This document shows positions 17,803-26,774 of a stretch of 64,000 bases of DNA, piece by piece. How positions within the stretch are numbered: position 1 is the stretch's first letter; each line of letters begins with the position of its first letter. This DNA is from an uncultured Bacillota bacterium (GTDB lineage Bacteria > Bacillota_I > Bacilli_A > RFN20 > CAG-288). The stretch spans positions 12,636 to 76,635 of the forward strand of contig CASFYT010000007.1 in NCBI GenBank assembly GCA_949299015.1, written 5' to 3'. Below the pieces are notes generated by a model. It was not told where the DNA came from. It did not search any database and saw only the letters and a program-made list of their open reading frames with translations. The translations under genes were made by a program, and so were the position numbers.

Positions 17803-17831
17803 ATTATATGCCTCCTTGCAATTGGTGACAA
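17803..17831 (-). promoter_or_regulatory. Sigma-70-type promoter for the low-GC operon
   Basis: On the minus strand: TTGTCA (17831-17826), 17-nt spacer, TATAAT (17808-17803), about 20 nt upstream of the ATG at 17780. Confidence 0.55.
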
Positions 17832-17853
17832 GGCGATGGAGGCCCTTGCGCTC

Positions 17854-20800
17854 CTATTGTGCGAGTTCCTGGAGTGTCTGGACCAGGAACAGCAGGTCGG
17901 CAAGGTAGTCTTTCGTCTTGGTCAGGAGAAACTCGAACTGCTTCTGACGGATCTTGACGCGCAGCTTGCCGAAGAGGGGACGGAGCTCTTCCTCGAGCTT
18001 CTTGTACAGCATCGGATGGCAGGAGAAGTCCTCGCTGGCAAGCAGGTCGTAGACTCCAAGGCCCTCCTGGAAGGAGGAGAAGATTCCGCTGTCGAGGACG
18101 ACCTCGATCTGTCTCTTGACGAGGAGGTTGGCCACCTCTTCGGGATAGGGGCCGTAGACATCCCGGAGCTTCCTTCCGAAGCGGGCGATCTCCTCCTTGC
18201 TTTGGCAATCGGAGAGTTCTCGATACATCGTGATCCGCTGTTCTTCGCTTCCGTAGTCGCTGGGGATGTGGGCGTCCAGGGAGAAAGAGAGCTCGAAGCG
18301 GTTGCGGACCTCCTCCCCTTCCTTCCCCCTCTCGGCGACGTCCTTCTCCTTGAGGACCTCGTGGAGCAGGTCCATGTAGGCGTCATAGCCCAGGGAGTCG
18401 ACGAATCCGGCCTGCTCGGACCCGAGGATGTCGCCGGCGCCGCGGATGTTGAGGTCCTGCATGGCGATCTTGTATCCGCTGCCGAGCTCGGCAAAGTCCT
18501 TCAGGGCCTTGAGCCGCTTCTTGGCCTCGTCGGTGATCTTTCCGGAACTTCGGAAGAAGAAGTAGGCATAGGCGAGGCGGTCGCTTCTTCCGACCCTTCC
18601 CTTGATCTGGTAGAGCTGGGCCAAGCCGAAGCGGTCGGCGTTCTCGACGATGATCGTGTTGACGTTGGGAATGTCGAGTCCCGATTCGATGATGGACGTG
18701 CAGACGAGGATGTCGATTTCTGCGGCATAGAAGGAAGACATGATCTGCTCGATCTTTTCGTGGTCCATCCGCGCATGGACGACAGCGATGCGGGAAGTCG
18801 GAAACATTTTCTCAAGCTTTGCCGAAGTCGAAAAGATTGTCTGAATATCGTTATGAAGGAAATAGATTTGTCCCTTTCGCTGCAGTTCCTTCTGGAGGAC
18901 TTCTTCGATCAGGTCCCAGTCCATCTTGGCGACGTAGGTCTTGACGGGCATGCGGTTGACCGGCGGCTGTTCCAACAGCGAGAGGGAGCGGACGTGGAGG
19001 AGGGACATCTGCATCGTGCGGGGGATGGGGGTCGCCGTCAAAGTCAGGCAGTCGACGTTGCGGCTTCGTTCCTTGATCTTCTCCTTGTGGGCGACGCCGA
19101 ATTTCTGCTCCTCGTCGATGATCAGGAGCCCGAGGTCCTTGAACTGGATCGCATCGGAAAGGAGGCGGTGCGTTCCGATGACAAGGTCGACCTCTCCGTT
19201 TTGGACCCGTTGAATGTTCTTCTTCTGCTCCTGCTCCGTGACGAAGCGCGAAAAGACGCAGACGCGGACGCCGAAGCTCTCGAAGCGGGCCTTGGCGACC
19301 TTGTAGTGCTGGTCGGCCAGGATGGTCGTCGGGCAGAGGAAGGCGACCTGCTTGTGGGCGAGGATCGCCTTGAAGGCGGCATAGAAGGCAATCTCGGTCT
19401 TGCCGAAGCCGACGTCGCCCGCGATCAGGCGGTCCATCGGATAGGGCGATTCCATGTCCTTCCGGACGTCGTCGATGGCCTGGAGCTGGGAATCCGTGTA
19501 GGGATAGGGGAAGGAGTCCAGGAAGGACCTTTCCAGTTCCTCCTCGCGCGGAAAGGCGAAGCCGACCTGGCTCTGCCTCTGGGAATAGAGGGAGAGGAGC
19601 TGGTCGGCAAGGAAGGAGATCCGACTTCGGATCCGCGACTTCTTGCGGGACCAGGTCGATCCGCCCAGGCGGTCGAGGGCAGGGGCGTGGCCTTCGCGGG
19701 AGGCATACTTCCGAATCAGTCGGTATTGGCTCAGGGGAAGATAGAAGACGGCCTGTTCCGCATACTGGATCTTCAGGTATTCGAGGCCGTCGAGCGTCGC
19801 GACGCCCAGGTACCTTCCGACGCCGTGGACCTCGTGGACGACGTAGTCTCCGACCTGAAGGTCCTCGTAGCGACGGATGACCTTGCTCTCCTTGTAGCGG
19901 GAGAGGAAGCGGGACTTCTGGTCGCTGACGCCGTAGATTTCCTTGGCGGACAGGTAGGCGTGCTTCTCCTTCGGAATCTCGAAGCCGTGGGTCAGCTTGC
20001 CTTCGATGAGCATGACGTCCTCGTGCTTCGGCTCGACGCCATAGGGGATTTCCCGCTCCTGCAGGTAGTTCTGGAAGTTGGTCAGATTGGGTTCGGGAAG
20101 GACGATGCGGACCTTGTAGCCTTCGCTTCGATACTGGCGCAGGACCTGGTCGCTTTCGGCGTAGCTCAGGGCGCGGTAGGAATTCTCGCGGAGGAGGAAT
20201 TCCCGCTCCATGTCGCCGTCGGCCCTTTGGAAGGACGCCCAGTCCGGGTTCTTCCGAAGGTAGATTCCCTCCCAGGGAAGGGAAAAGCCGGAGGAGACGC
20301 TTCTTCGGAAATATTCCTCTTCCTTCTTCCAGCTGTCCTTGAGCGCAGAGACGACGTCCTTGGGACGGTAGAGATAGCAGAGATAGTCCCCCTTGACGTA
20401 GTCGAGGAGGGTCCCCTCCGCTGGACAGAAGAGGGGAAAGAAGCGCTGGTCGACGCTTTTGAGATATCCCCTTGCAGCCTGGGAAAGCAGGAACCCAAGG
20501 CGCTCGGAGAGGTCATCGTAGGCCTGCCGCTCCACCCTGCCTTCGATTTGGGAAAGCGCCCTTTGAATCAGGACCTCGCCCCTTTCCTTCTCTCCTTCCT
20601 CAAGGAGGAAGAGCGTCGCCGGATGGAGGTCGACTTCTTCGACATGCCTGAAGGACATCTCGTCTCGGACGTCGAAAAGGCGGATGTCGTCGATTTCGTC
20701 TCCGAAGAACTCGATGCGGATCGGCGAGGAAGAACAGGGATCGAAGAGGTCGATGATGCCACCCCTATGAGCAAATTCACCCGCATGTTCGACGCGATTG

Positions 20801-21288
20801 ACAAAGGTATATCCAAGTCTTGAAACCCTTTGCCTAAATTTGGTCAGTGAAATAAAATCCCCTTTATGAAGATGAAGGATGTTCTTTTCGTATCTCTCCT
20901 TCGGAAGGATGTTCATGATGCTGGAAGAGACATGGGAGACGAGGATGGAAGGGCGGTCGGAAAAGAGGGAGGAGACGGCCAGAAGGCGCTCCTCGTCCAT
21001 CTCGGGGGAGACGCCGATGGCGGAGGTACGGAAGATTTCGTCGAAGGGGAAGAAGTAGCATTCGTCCTCCTGGACGTAGTCTCCGAGGAACTGATAGAAG
21101 CTCTCGGCTTCGTAAAGGGTCGGAAAGAGGAAGAACATCTTCCTCTTCCGGTCGTTGAAGGAGAGCGCGGCAAGCATCGCCAAAGCTTCCGGGGAGGAGA
21201 CGAAGACATCCTCTCCGCGGTCCAGCTTCTGTTCGTTTTCGTCGTGGAAGAGGTAGGTGAAGAGGGAAAGCTTGTTGAGGACGGCCAT
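17854..21288 (-). CDS. mfd: Transcription-repair coupling factor
   Basis: ~1144 aa. UvrB-homology N-terminus, CarD-like RID (GDYVVHEVHGVGRY), SF2 helicase motifs (GDVGFGKTE, DEEQKFG), TRG motif region. The ATG at 21288 shares one nt with the pth stop (TGATG). Confidence 0.95.
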   Translation of the reverse strand: MAVLNKLSLFTYLFHDENEQKLDRGEDVFVSSPEALAMLAALSFNDRKRKMFFLFPTLYEAESFYQFLGDYVQEDECYFFPFDEIFRTSAIGVSPEMDEERLLAVSSLFSDRPSILVSHVSSSIMNILPKERYEKNILHLHKGDFISLTKFRQRVSRLGYTFVNRVEHAGEFAHRGGIIDLFDPCSSSPIRIEFFGDEIDDIRLFDVRDEMSFRHVEEVDLHPATLFLLEEGEKERGEVLIQRALSQIEGRVERQAYDDLSERLGFLLSQAARGYLKSVDQRFFPLFCPAEGTLLDYVKGDYLCYLYRPKDVVSALKDSWKKEEEYFRRSVSSGFSLPWEGIYLRKNPDWASFQRADGDMEREFLLRENSYRALSYAESDQVLRQYRSEGYKVRIVLPEPNLTNFQNYLQEREIPYGVEPKHEDVMLIEGKLTHGFEIPKEKHAYLSAKEIYGVSDQKSRFLSRYKESKVIRRYEDLQVGDYVVHEVHGVGRYLGVATLDGLEYLKIQYAEQAVFYLPLSQYRLIRKYASREGHAPALDRLGGSTWSRKKSRIRSRISFLADQLLSLYSQRQSQVGFAFPREEELERSFLDSFPYPYTDSQLQAIDDVRKDMESPYPMDRLIAGDVGFGKTEIAFYAAFKAILAHKQVAFLCPTTILADQHYKVAKARFESFGVRVCVFSRFVTEQEQKKNIQRVQNGEVDLVIGTHRLLSDAIQFKDLGLLIIDEEQKFGVAHKEKIKERSRNVDCLTLTATPIPRTMQMSLLHVRSLSLLEQPPVNRMPVKTYVAKMDWDLIEEVLQKELQRKGQIYFLHNDIQTIFSTSAKLEKMFPTSRIAVVHARMDHEKIEQIMSSFYAAEIDILVCTSIIESGLDIPNVNTIIVENADRFGLAQLYQIKGRVGRSDRLAYAYFFFRSSGKITDEAKKRLKALKDFAELGSGYKIAMQDLNIRGAGDILGSEQAGFVDSLGYDAYMDLLHEVLKEKDVAERGKEGEEVRNRFELSFSLDAHIPSDYGSEEQRITMYRELSDCQSKEEIARFGRKLRDVYGPYPEEVANLLVKRQIEVVLDSGIFSSFQEGLGVYDLLASEDFSCHPMLYKKLEEELRPLFGKLRVKIRQKQFEFLLTKTKDYLADLLFLVQTLQELAQ

Positions 21289-21848
21289 CAGCGGTTGTAG
21301 ACGTTCATCGCCTTCTCGAAGGTGAACTTCAGGCTGTATTCCAGGGCTTCGCAAGCCTTCGAGATCCCATCCTTCCAGGCATCGTAGACCTCTTTGTCCC
21401 GGGGGGCGGAAAGGACGAAGTCGGGCGTGTTCTGCATCTGCGGCCTTCCGATTCCGATGCGGATGCGCTTGAAGTCCTCGCTCTGGAGGGTCTGGATGAT
21501 CGACTTGAGGCCGTTGTGTCCTCCCGCGGACCCCTTGAGCTTGAGTCGGACGTGCCCCGGATCGGTATCCATGTCGTCGACGAGGACGAGGATGTCCTCC
21601 TTGGGAATCTTATAGAAGCGCATCGCCTCGCCGAGGGCGATGCCCGAGAGGTTGACGTAGGTCAGCGGCTTGAGCAGCAGGACGTCCTCTCCGAAGGCCT
21701 TTCCCTTTCCGACGAGGGAGTGGAAGTCCTTGCGGCGGATGTCGATCCGGAAGTCTTCGGCGAAGAGGTCGAGGGCCTGGAAGCCGGAGTTGTGCCTCGT
21801 GTCCCGGTAGATGTCTCCGAAGTTTCCGATGCCAAGGATCAGCTTCAT
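21288..21848 (-). CDS. pth: Peptidyl-tRNA hydrolase
   Basis: MKLILGIGNFGDIYRDTRHNSGF N-terminus and the GGHNGLKS motif. Confidence 0.95.
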   Translation of the reverse strand: MKLILGIGNFGDIYRDTRHNSGFQALDLFAEDFRIDIRRKDFHSLVGKGKAFGEDVLLLKPLTYVNLSGIALGEAMRFYKIPKEDILVLVDDMDTDPGHVRLKLKGSAGGHNGLKSIIQTLQSEDFKRIRIGIGRPQMQNTPDFVLSAPRDKEVYDAWKDGISKACEALEYSLKFTFEKAMNVYNR

Positions 21849-22444
21849 GCTCTTCCTCCGAGGTGGGCGAAGAGCTGCCGAAGGGCCCTTGAGCGATGGG
21901 AGACGCGGTTCTTCTCTTCCGGACTGGCCTCCCCATAGGTCTTCTGCAAGGCGTCGGAGAAGAAGATCGGATCGTAGCCGAAGCCGTTCTGCTTTCCTTC
22001 CGGGAAGGAGGAGACGATCCTTCCCGTGTCTTCCCCTCGGAAGGATTTCTCGATCTTTCTCTCCTCGTCGATGTAGGTCATGACCGTGACGAAGGCGGCA
22101 CGTCGGTCCTCGATTCCCTTCATCCTCTCGAGGATGGCCTTGTTCTTCTTCTCGTATCCTTCTCCTTCCATGAACCGGGCGGAGTGGACGCCGGGAAATC
22201 CGCCGAGGGCGCGGATTTCGAGGCCGGAATCGTCGGAAAGGACGGCGTAGCGGGGAAGACGGCGCGCGATGTCCTCGGCCTTGATGCGGCTGTTTCCTTC
22301 GAAGGTCTCTGCGGTTTCCTCCGCTTCTTCCGAAAGGTGGAGGTCGGAGAGGGAAAGGACTTCATAGCCCAGGGGCGAAAGCATCGTGCGGACCTCCTGG
22401 ACCTTGTGCTCGTTATGCGTTGCGAATACGATTTTCTTGTTCAT
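21845..22444 (-). CDS. rdgB: Non-canonical purine NTP pyrophosphatase (RdgB/HAM1 family)
   Basis: KIVFATHNEHKVQE.. N-terminus and the GFGYDPIF motif. Overlaps the pth start by 4 nt. Confidence 0.9.
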   Translation of the reverse strand: MNKKIVFATHNEHKVQEVRTMLSPLGYEVLSLSDLHLSEEAEETAETFEGNSRIKAEDIARRLPRYAVLSDDSGLEIRALGGFPGVHSARFMEGEGYEKKNKAILERMKGIEDRRAAFVTVMTYIDEERKIEKSFRGEDTGRIVSSFPEGKQNGFGYDPIFFSDALQKTYGEASPEEKNRVSHRSRALRQLFAHLGGRA

Positions 22445-22504
22445 GTCCCTCCTATTCTAAAGCAAGGGAAAAGAAGAGTAGAATACTTGGGAGGAAAATA
22501 TCCC

Positions 22505-23035
22505 ATGGAATTGAAAGAAAAGAAGCTGTCTTCGAAGGAGATCTATCGGGGAAGGATCATCAACCTCTTCGTCGACGACGTCCTGCTTCCCAACGGCAAG
22601 GAGAGCAAGAGGGAGGTCGTCCGCCACTGCAAGGCCAGCGCGGTCCTGGCCGTCAACGACCGAAACGAGGTCCTGCTGGAAAGGCAGTATCGCTATCCCT
22701 ACGACGAGGTCCTGACCGAGATTCCGGCCGGGAAATGCGACGGGGACGAGGATCCGCTCGACACGGCCAAGAGGGAGCTCGAGGAGGAGACCGGATATCG
22801 CGCGGAGGAGATGACGTACCTGGGCAAGATCTATCCGACCTGCGCCTACACGGACGAAGTCATCTATCTCTACCTGGCGAAGGGACTTACGAAGACGCAT
22901 CAGCATCTCGACGAGGGCGAATCCCTGGACTATTCCTTCGTTCCGATGGAGGAGCTGCTTCAGGATCTGCGCGAAGGTCGCATCCCGGACGCCAAGACCC
23001 TCTCCGCCCTCGCGTTCTATCAGAACCGCAAGTAA
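22505..23035 (+). CDS. NUDIX hydrolase, ADP-ribose pyrophosphatase-like
   Basis: Nudix box GKCDGDEDPLDTAKRELEEETGY. The N-terminal segment YRGRIINLFVDDVLLPNGKES is typical of NudF/ADPRase. The start is the ATG at 22505 within the longer ORF-track frame. Confidence 0.85.
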   Translation: MELKEKKLSSKEIYRGRIINLFVDDVLLPNGKESKREVVRHCKASAVLAVNDRNEVLLERQYRYPYDEVLTEIPAGKCDGDEDPLDTAKRELEEETGYRAEEMTYLGKIYPTCAYTDEVIYLYLAKGLTKTHQHLDEGESLDYSFVPMEELLQDLREGRIPDAKTLSALAFYQNRK

Positions 23036-23036
23036 G

Positions 23037-23882
23037 ATGCGCTACTTTGTCGTTTCGGACGTCCATTCCTGCCATGACGATTTCTTTGCTGCCCTGTCCA
23101 TGGCCGGGTACGATCCGCAGGACGAGGAAGAAAGGCTTGTCTTCCTCGGCGACCTCTTCGACCGCGGTCCGCAGCCAATTGAATGCTTTCGGGACATCCG
23201 CCGGATTCCCCGTCGCCATCGCATCCTGATCCGGGGCAACCACGAGGACCTTCTGCTTCGAGCCTTGAAGACGGGGGACTGCACGTCCGCCGACATGCAG
23301 AACGGAACCGTGGATACGCTTCGGGCCTTTGCCCATCGGACGGACCGAATCCGCGATGCCCTCGCCCTGCGCTTTGCCATCGAGGAGAGATATCCTCTGA
23401 TGGAATGGCTCGAGAGCGACGAGTGGCAGGACTACTTCGAGGCGGGCCCGTTCCTCTTCGTCCACGCTTCCTTCCCGGTTCAGGCCGAGTGCGGGGGTGA
23501 GATCATCGAGGAATTCGACTGGCGGCGTCCTTCCTCGGGCGTCCATCCCGACTGGTCGGCCGCCCGTTGGCCCGATCCCCTGGAGTTCTCGAAGTCTTCT
23601 CCCTTTCGGAAGGAACGGGAAAGGGGGACGGTTCTCGTCGCTGGACATCGTCCGAACCAACAGTACTGGAGAAGGAAGTTCTCCTTGAAGGAGAAGGATT
23701 CTCCTTCGGAAGAGGATATCAATCTTTTTATTCAGAACAAGCATCGCGAAGACATCTACTTCGATGACCATTTCATCGGCCTTGATGGAGGGTGTCATTT
23801 TTCTGGACAGATGAACGTTCTCGTGATCGACGACTCAGACTGGAAGCCGATTCCTCTCGCCTACAAAGGGGAGGGAAGATGA
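23037..23882 (+). CDS. Calcineurin-like metallophosphoesterase (PPP/ApaH-PrpE-like)
   Basis: Motifs SDVHSCHDD, GDLFDRGP and GNHE. Starts 1 nt after the NUDIX stop. Confidence 0.8.
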   Translation: MRYFVVSDVHSCHDDFFAALSMAGYDPQDEEERLVFLGDLFDRGPQPIECFRDIRRIPRRHRILIRGNHEDLLLRALKTGDCTSADMQNGTVDTLRAFAHRTDRIRDALALRFAIEERYPLMEWLESDEWQDYFEAGPFLFVHASFPVQAECGGEIIEEFDWRRPSSGVHPDWSAARWPDPLEFSKSSPFRKERERGTVLVAGHRPNQQYWRRKFSLKEKDSPSEEDINLFIQNKHREDIYFDDHFIGLDGGCHFSGQMNVLVIDDSDWKPIPLAYKGEGR

Positions 23883-24715
23883 TCGGCGCCGTGATGGGGG
23901 ATATGATCGGCTCCCCCTATGAGTGGCGCAATACGGATCGGACGGATTTTCCCATCCGGACGGAAGCGGAGAGATTCACCGACGACACGGTGATGACCCT
24001 CGCGGTCACGAACGCCTTTCTTGCCTTCGGTTCGGTCGATTCCATCCTAGGAAATCCTGCTTCCTTCCAGAGGACGTTGGTCGAATCGATGAGGCGGATG
24101 TACCTCCGCTTTCCGGACGCGGGCTATGGAGCCATGTTCACCCGTTTCCTCCTCTCTCCGTCTCCTCGTCCCTACCATTCCTACGGAAACGGATCGGCGA
24201 TGCGCATCTCTCCTGTGGGCTGGGCGGCGCTGTCCTTGGACGAGGTCTGTTCCCTCTCCCACCTGTGCACGGCGATCACGCACGACCATCCGGAGGGAAT
24301 CAAGGGAGCCGAAACCGTCGCCGGTGCGCTCTTCCTCGCTCGAAAGGGGAAGGGAAAGGATGCCATCCGGGCCTTCGTGGAACAGTCCTATCCGATCCTT
24401 TCCCATCCGGAGGAACTCCTCCGGACGACGCGCGGGAAGATGGGGGACTGCGCCTGTCAGACGACCTTCCCTTTGGCCCTGGCATCCTTCCTTCTGTCCC
24501 AAGACGAGATCGAGGCGATCCGCCTGGCTGTCTCCCTCGGCGGTGACAGCGACACGATCGCCTGCATGGCCGGCTGTGTGGCGGAAGCCTATTGGCACAG
24601 GAATGCCTTTTCGGATACGGAACGTTTCTACCTTGAGCGCCTGCCGCGGGACTTTCAAGAGTCGATCCTGGATTTCCACGCGGCGTTTGGGACGGAAAAG
24701 TCCTTCTCCAAATAA
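23879..24715 (+). CDS. ADP-ribosylglycohydrolase family protein
   Basis: The N-terminus MIGAVMGDMIGSPYEW...FTDDTVMTLA and the later GGDSDTIACMAG are hallmarks of the ARH/DraG fold. The ATG at 23879 overlaps the upstream stop (ATGA). Confidence 0.85.
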   Translation: MIGAVMGDMIGSPYEWRNTDRTDFPIRTEAERFTDDTVMTLAVTNAFLAFGSVDSILGNPASFQRTLVESMRRMYLRFPDAGYGAMFTRFLLSPSPRPYHSYGNGSAMRISPVGWAALSLDEVCSLSHLCTAITHDHPEGIKGAETVAGALFLARKGKGKDAIRAFVEQSYPILSHPEELLRTTRGKMGDCACQTTFPLALASFLLSQDEIEAIRLAVSLGGDSDTIACMAGCVAEAYWHRNAFSDTERFYLERLPRDFQESILDFHAAFGTEKSFSK

Positions 24716-24721
24716 AAGAAA

Positions 24722-24747
24722 GGCGCAGGAGGATCCTGCGCCTTTTT
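24722..24747. terminator. Bidirectional rho-independent terminator
   Basis: GGCGCAGGA-GGA-TCCTGCGCC 9-bp stem with an A-rich run upstream and a T-run downstream. It sits between convergent genes. Confidence 0.65.
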
Positions 24748-24748
24748 C

Positions 24749-25597
24749 CTATGGATGGATCTGGTAGCGGCAACGGCGGGGAAGGTCGATGTCGACGGGA
24801 CAGGAGTCCTCCGTCTTGAAGTCGACGTCCTTGGGGTTGTAGATGGATTCGGGAAGGCGGACGAGCGTCCCCTTTGCCGTGGTCCGCTCGAAGGCGCGGT
24901 CGGTTCCGGGGAGGAAGGTGCAGTTTTCGAAGGTCAGCCTTTCGGAACAGACGAAGGGCTGCGTTCCCTCGATGACGCAGTCGACGAAGGTGAGGTCGTG
25001 GGCGTACCAGGCGATGTATTCCCCCTTCAGGTGGCTGTTGCGGACGACGATGTCGTGGCTGTGCCAGAAGGCGTCCTTGGTGTCAAGGTCGCTGTCCGTG
25101 ATCTCGATGTCGCTGCAATGCTGGAAGGAATACTTCCCAATCATCTTCAGGTGCGCAATCTTCCCGTGGTGGCACTCGAGGAAGGGATAGTAGCTGCGGA
25201 ACTGGAAGCGGTCGATGGAAAAGCCATCGACCTGCCAGAAGGACTCGGTTCCGGAAAGGCGGCAGTCCTCGATGCGGATGTCCTGGCATTCGCGGAGGGT
25301 CTTGGGCGAGGCCATGCGGCAATTTTGGAGGAAGGCGTTTCGGACGTACCAGAGCGGAGCGCGGTCGAGGCGGGAGAAGGTGCAGTCCTGGATGAGGAGG
25401 TCCCTGTTCTCCCAGAAGGCATAGCGGGCGTGGAAGGCGCTGTGTCGGGCGATGACCTTCCGGCATTCCTTGACGGGGCTTTCGCCGGGGCCGTCGAAGC
25501 GGCAATGATCGAGGAGGATGTTCTTCTGACGGAAGACTTCGCGCTCGGCGCTTCCTCGGTAGCCCTTCAGGACGTGGCGGACGGGAAAGGGATCCAT
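24749..25597 (-). CDS. DUF3737-like right-handed beta-helix repeat protein
   Basis: Repeating ..C.F....F..S.....C.. units (DCTFSRL, NCRMASP, DCRLSG, NSHLKGEY, DCVIEG, NCTF). The start is uncertain: 25597 avoids overlap with yitT, and 25636 and 25675 are alternatives. Confidence 0.55.
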   Translation of the reverse strand: MDPFPVRHVLKGYRGSAEREVFRQKNILLDHCRFDGPGESPVKECRKVIARHSAFHARYAFWENRDLLIQDCTFSRLDRAPLWYVRNAFLQNCRMASPKTLRECQDIRIEDCRLSGTESFWQVDGFSIDRFQFRSYYPFLECHHGKIAHLKMIGKYSFQHCSDIEITDSDLDTKDAFWHSHDIVVRNSHLKGEYIAWYAHDLTFVDCVIEGTQPFVCSERLTFENCTFLPGTDRAFERTTAKGTLVRLPESIYNPKDVDFKTEDSCPVDIDLPRRCRYQIHP

Positions 25598-25613
25598 CCG
25601 TTCCTTGCCGTTT

Positions 25614-26774
25614 TCAATCGGTCTTTCTTTCTTCATTGGGTTCTCCTTGCTGGAGGAAAGGCATTTTCTTTCCATGGATCAGGACCTGGTCGACTTCCTC
25701 CGGCTTGAGCTTTCCCCTTCGGATGCTGTCCCGGGAGAAGCCATAGCCGAGGATTTCTTGGGCCTTGAGGATGGTCATGAACGCTTCGGGATCGATCTTG
25801 TGGACCGCCCTCTCCAGCATGTTGTAGTCGCGTCGGTCGAAGCAGACTTCGATGACCATGGTGTCCAGGCGGCTGTAGCCTCCCTGGCCCTTGATCAAGG
25901 TCGTTCCCCGTCCGACGTTTTTGTTGATGTATTCGTTGAGTTCGACCCAGCGATGGGAGACGATGAGGGCGACGTAGGACTTGTTCTTGCTGGAGAAGAC
26001 CATGTCCAGGGTGACGGAACAGAGGATGGCGCCTCCGGCACCGATCATCGTTGCCAAGAGGTTGCAGTCGTTGGTGAAGAAGAAGCCGGCCAGCATGATC
26101 AGGACGTCGCACATCAGGGAAGAGGTGCCGATCTTGACGCGGAAATATTTGTGGAGCGTGACGTTGATGATGTCGGTTCCGCCGCTGGAGCCTCCTCCGA
26201 TGAGGGCAAAGCCGATGCCGGCTCCCATGATTCCCCCTCCGAAGAGGGCCGCGACCAAATAGGCGACGGGAAGCAAGGAATCGGCCGGGATGGCGAGGGT
26301 GGAATCGACGATGATGTCCTGGACTTCGCGGATGTCGAAGACGCGCAGCATTTCTCCATTGACTTCGAACTGGACATTCTCAATCAAGAAAGTAAAGAGC
26401 ATGATGAAGAGGGGGTTGAAGAGCGTGAAGACCAGGGTCTTGAGAGAATACTTGATTCCGAGGACAAAGAGGCCGATGACGAAGACGCCCCAGTTGAGGA
26501 TGAGGATGTACGTGTCGGCATCGAGGCCGCCCAAGGTCCTCTCCAGGATGATGGCGATCGAGGCCAGACCACCGGAAATGACGTTCATCGGAACCGTGAA
26601 GAAGCTGGTTCCGATGGCATAGATGAAGGCGCCGAAGATGACGTAGAGGTTGTTCTTCAGCAGGGACTTCCAGGTCTCGCCGGCAAATTCTTCCTTGAAT
26701 TGCTGAACGACATAGGAAGGCAGGGAACGAATCTTGGACTTCAGAGCGGGAAGGAACTTCTTCTCCTTAGCCAT
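25614..26774 (-). CDS. YitT-family membrane protein with C-terminal DUF2179 domain
   Basis: Multi-TM N-terminal part with (GG)-containing repeats typical of YitT. The C-terminal soluble part (..GRGTTLIKGQGGYS..MVIEVCFDRRDY..) matches the DUF2179 pattern. Confidence 0.8.
   Translation of the reverse strand: MAKEKKFLPALKSKIRSLPSYVVQQFKEEFAGETWKSLLKNNLYVIFGAFIYAIGTSFFTVPMNVISGGLASIAIILERTLGGLDADTYILILNWGVFVIGLFVLGIKYSLKTLVFTLFNPLFIMLFTFLIENVQFEVNGEMLRVFDIREVQDIIVDSTLAIPADSLLPVAYLVAALFGGGIMGAGIGFALIGGGSSGGTDIINVTLHKYFRVKIGTSSLMCDVLIMLAGFFFTNDCNLLATMIGAGGAILCSVTLDMVFSSKNKSYVALIVSHRWVELNEYINKNVGRGTTLIKGQGGYSRLDTMVIEVCFDRRDYNMLERAVHKIDPEAFMTILKAQEILGYGFSRDSIRRGKLKPEEVDQVLIHGKKMPFLQQGEPNEERKTD

Noticed and set aside
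12559-17831. Mobile-element hallmarks (integrase, transposase, tRNA target, direct repeats) flanking the low-GC operon.
   Set aside because: None were found by eye. The only recombinase in the window (1267-2901) is a chromosomal Xer-type gene 10 kb away in a conserved topA-dprA context. The block is therefore reported as compositionally atypical, not as a defined mobile element.
17683-20823. 1046-aa ORF antisense to mfd.
   Set aside because: Same shadow-ORF signature: repetitive G, L, E, D, V composition. mfd on the minus strand has all the helicase and TRG motifs.
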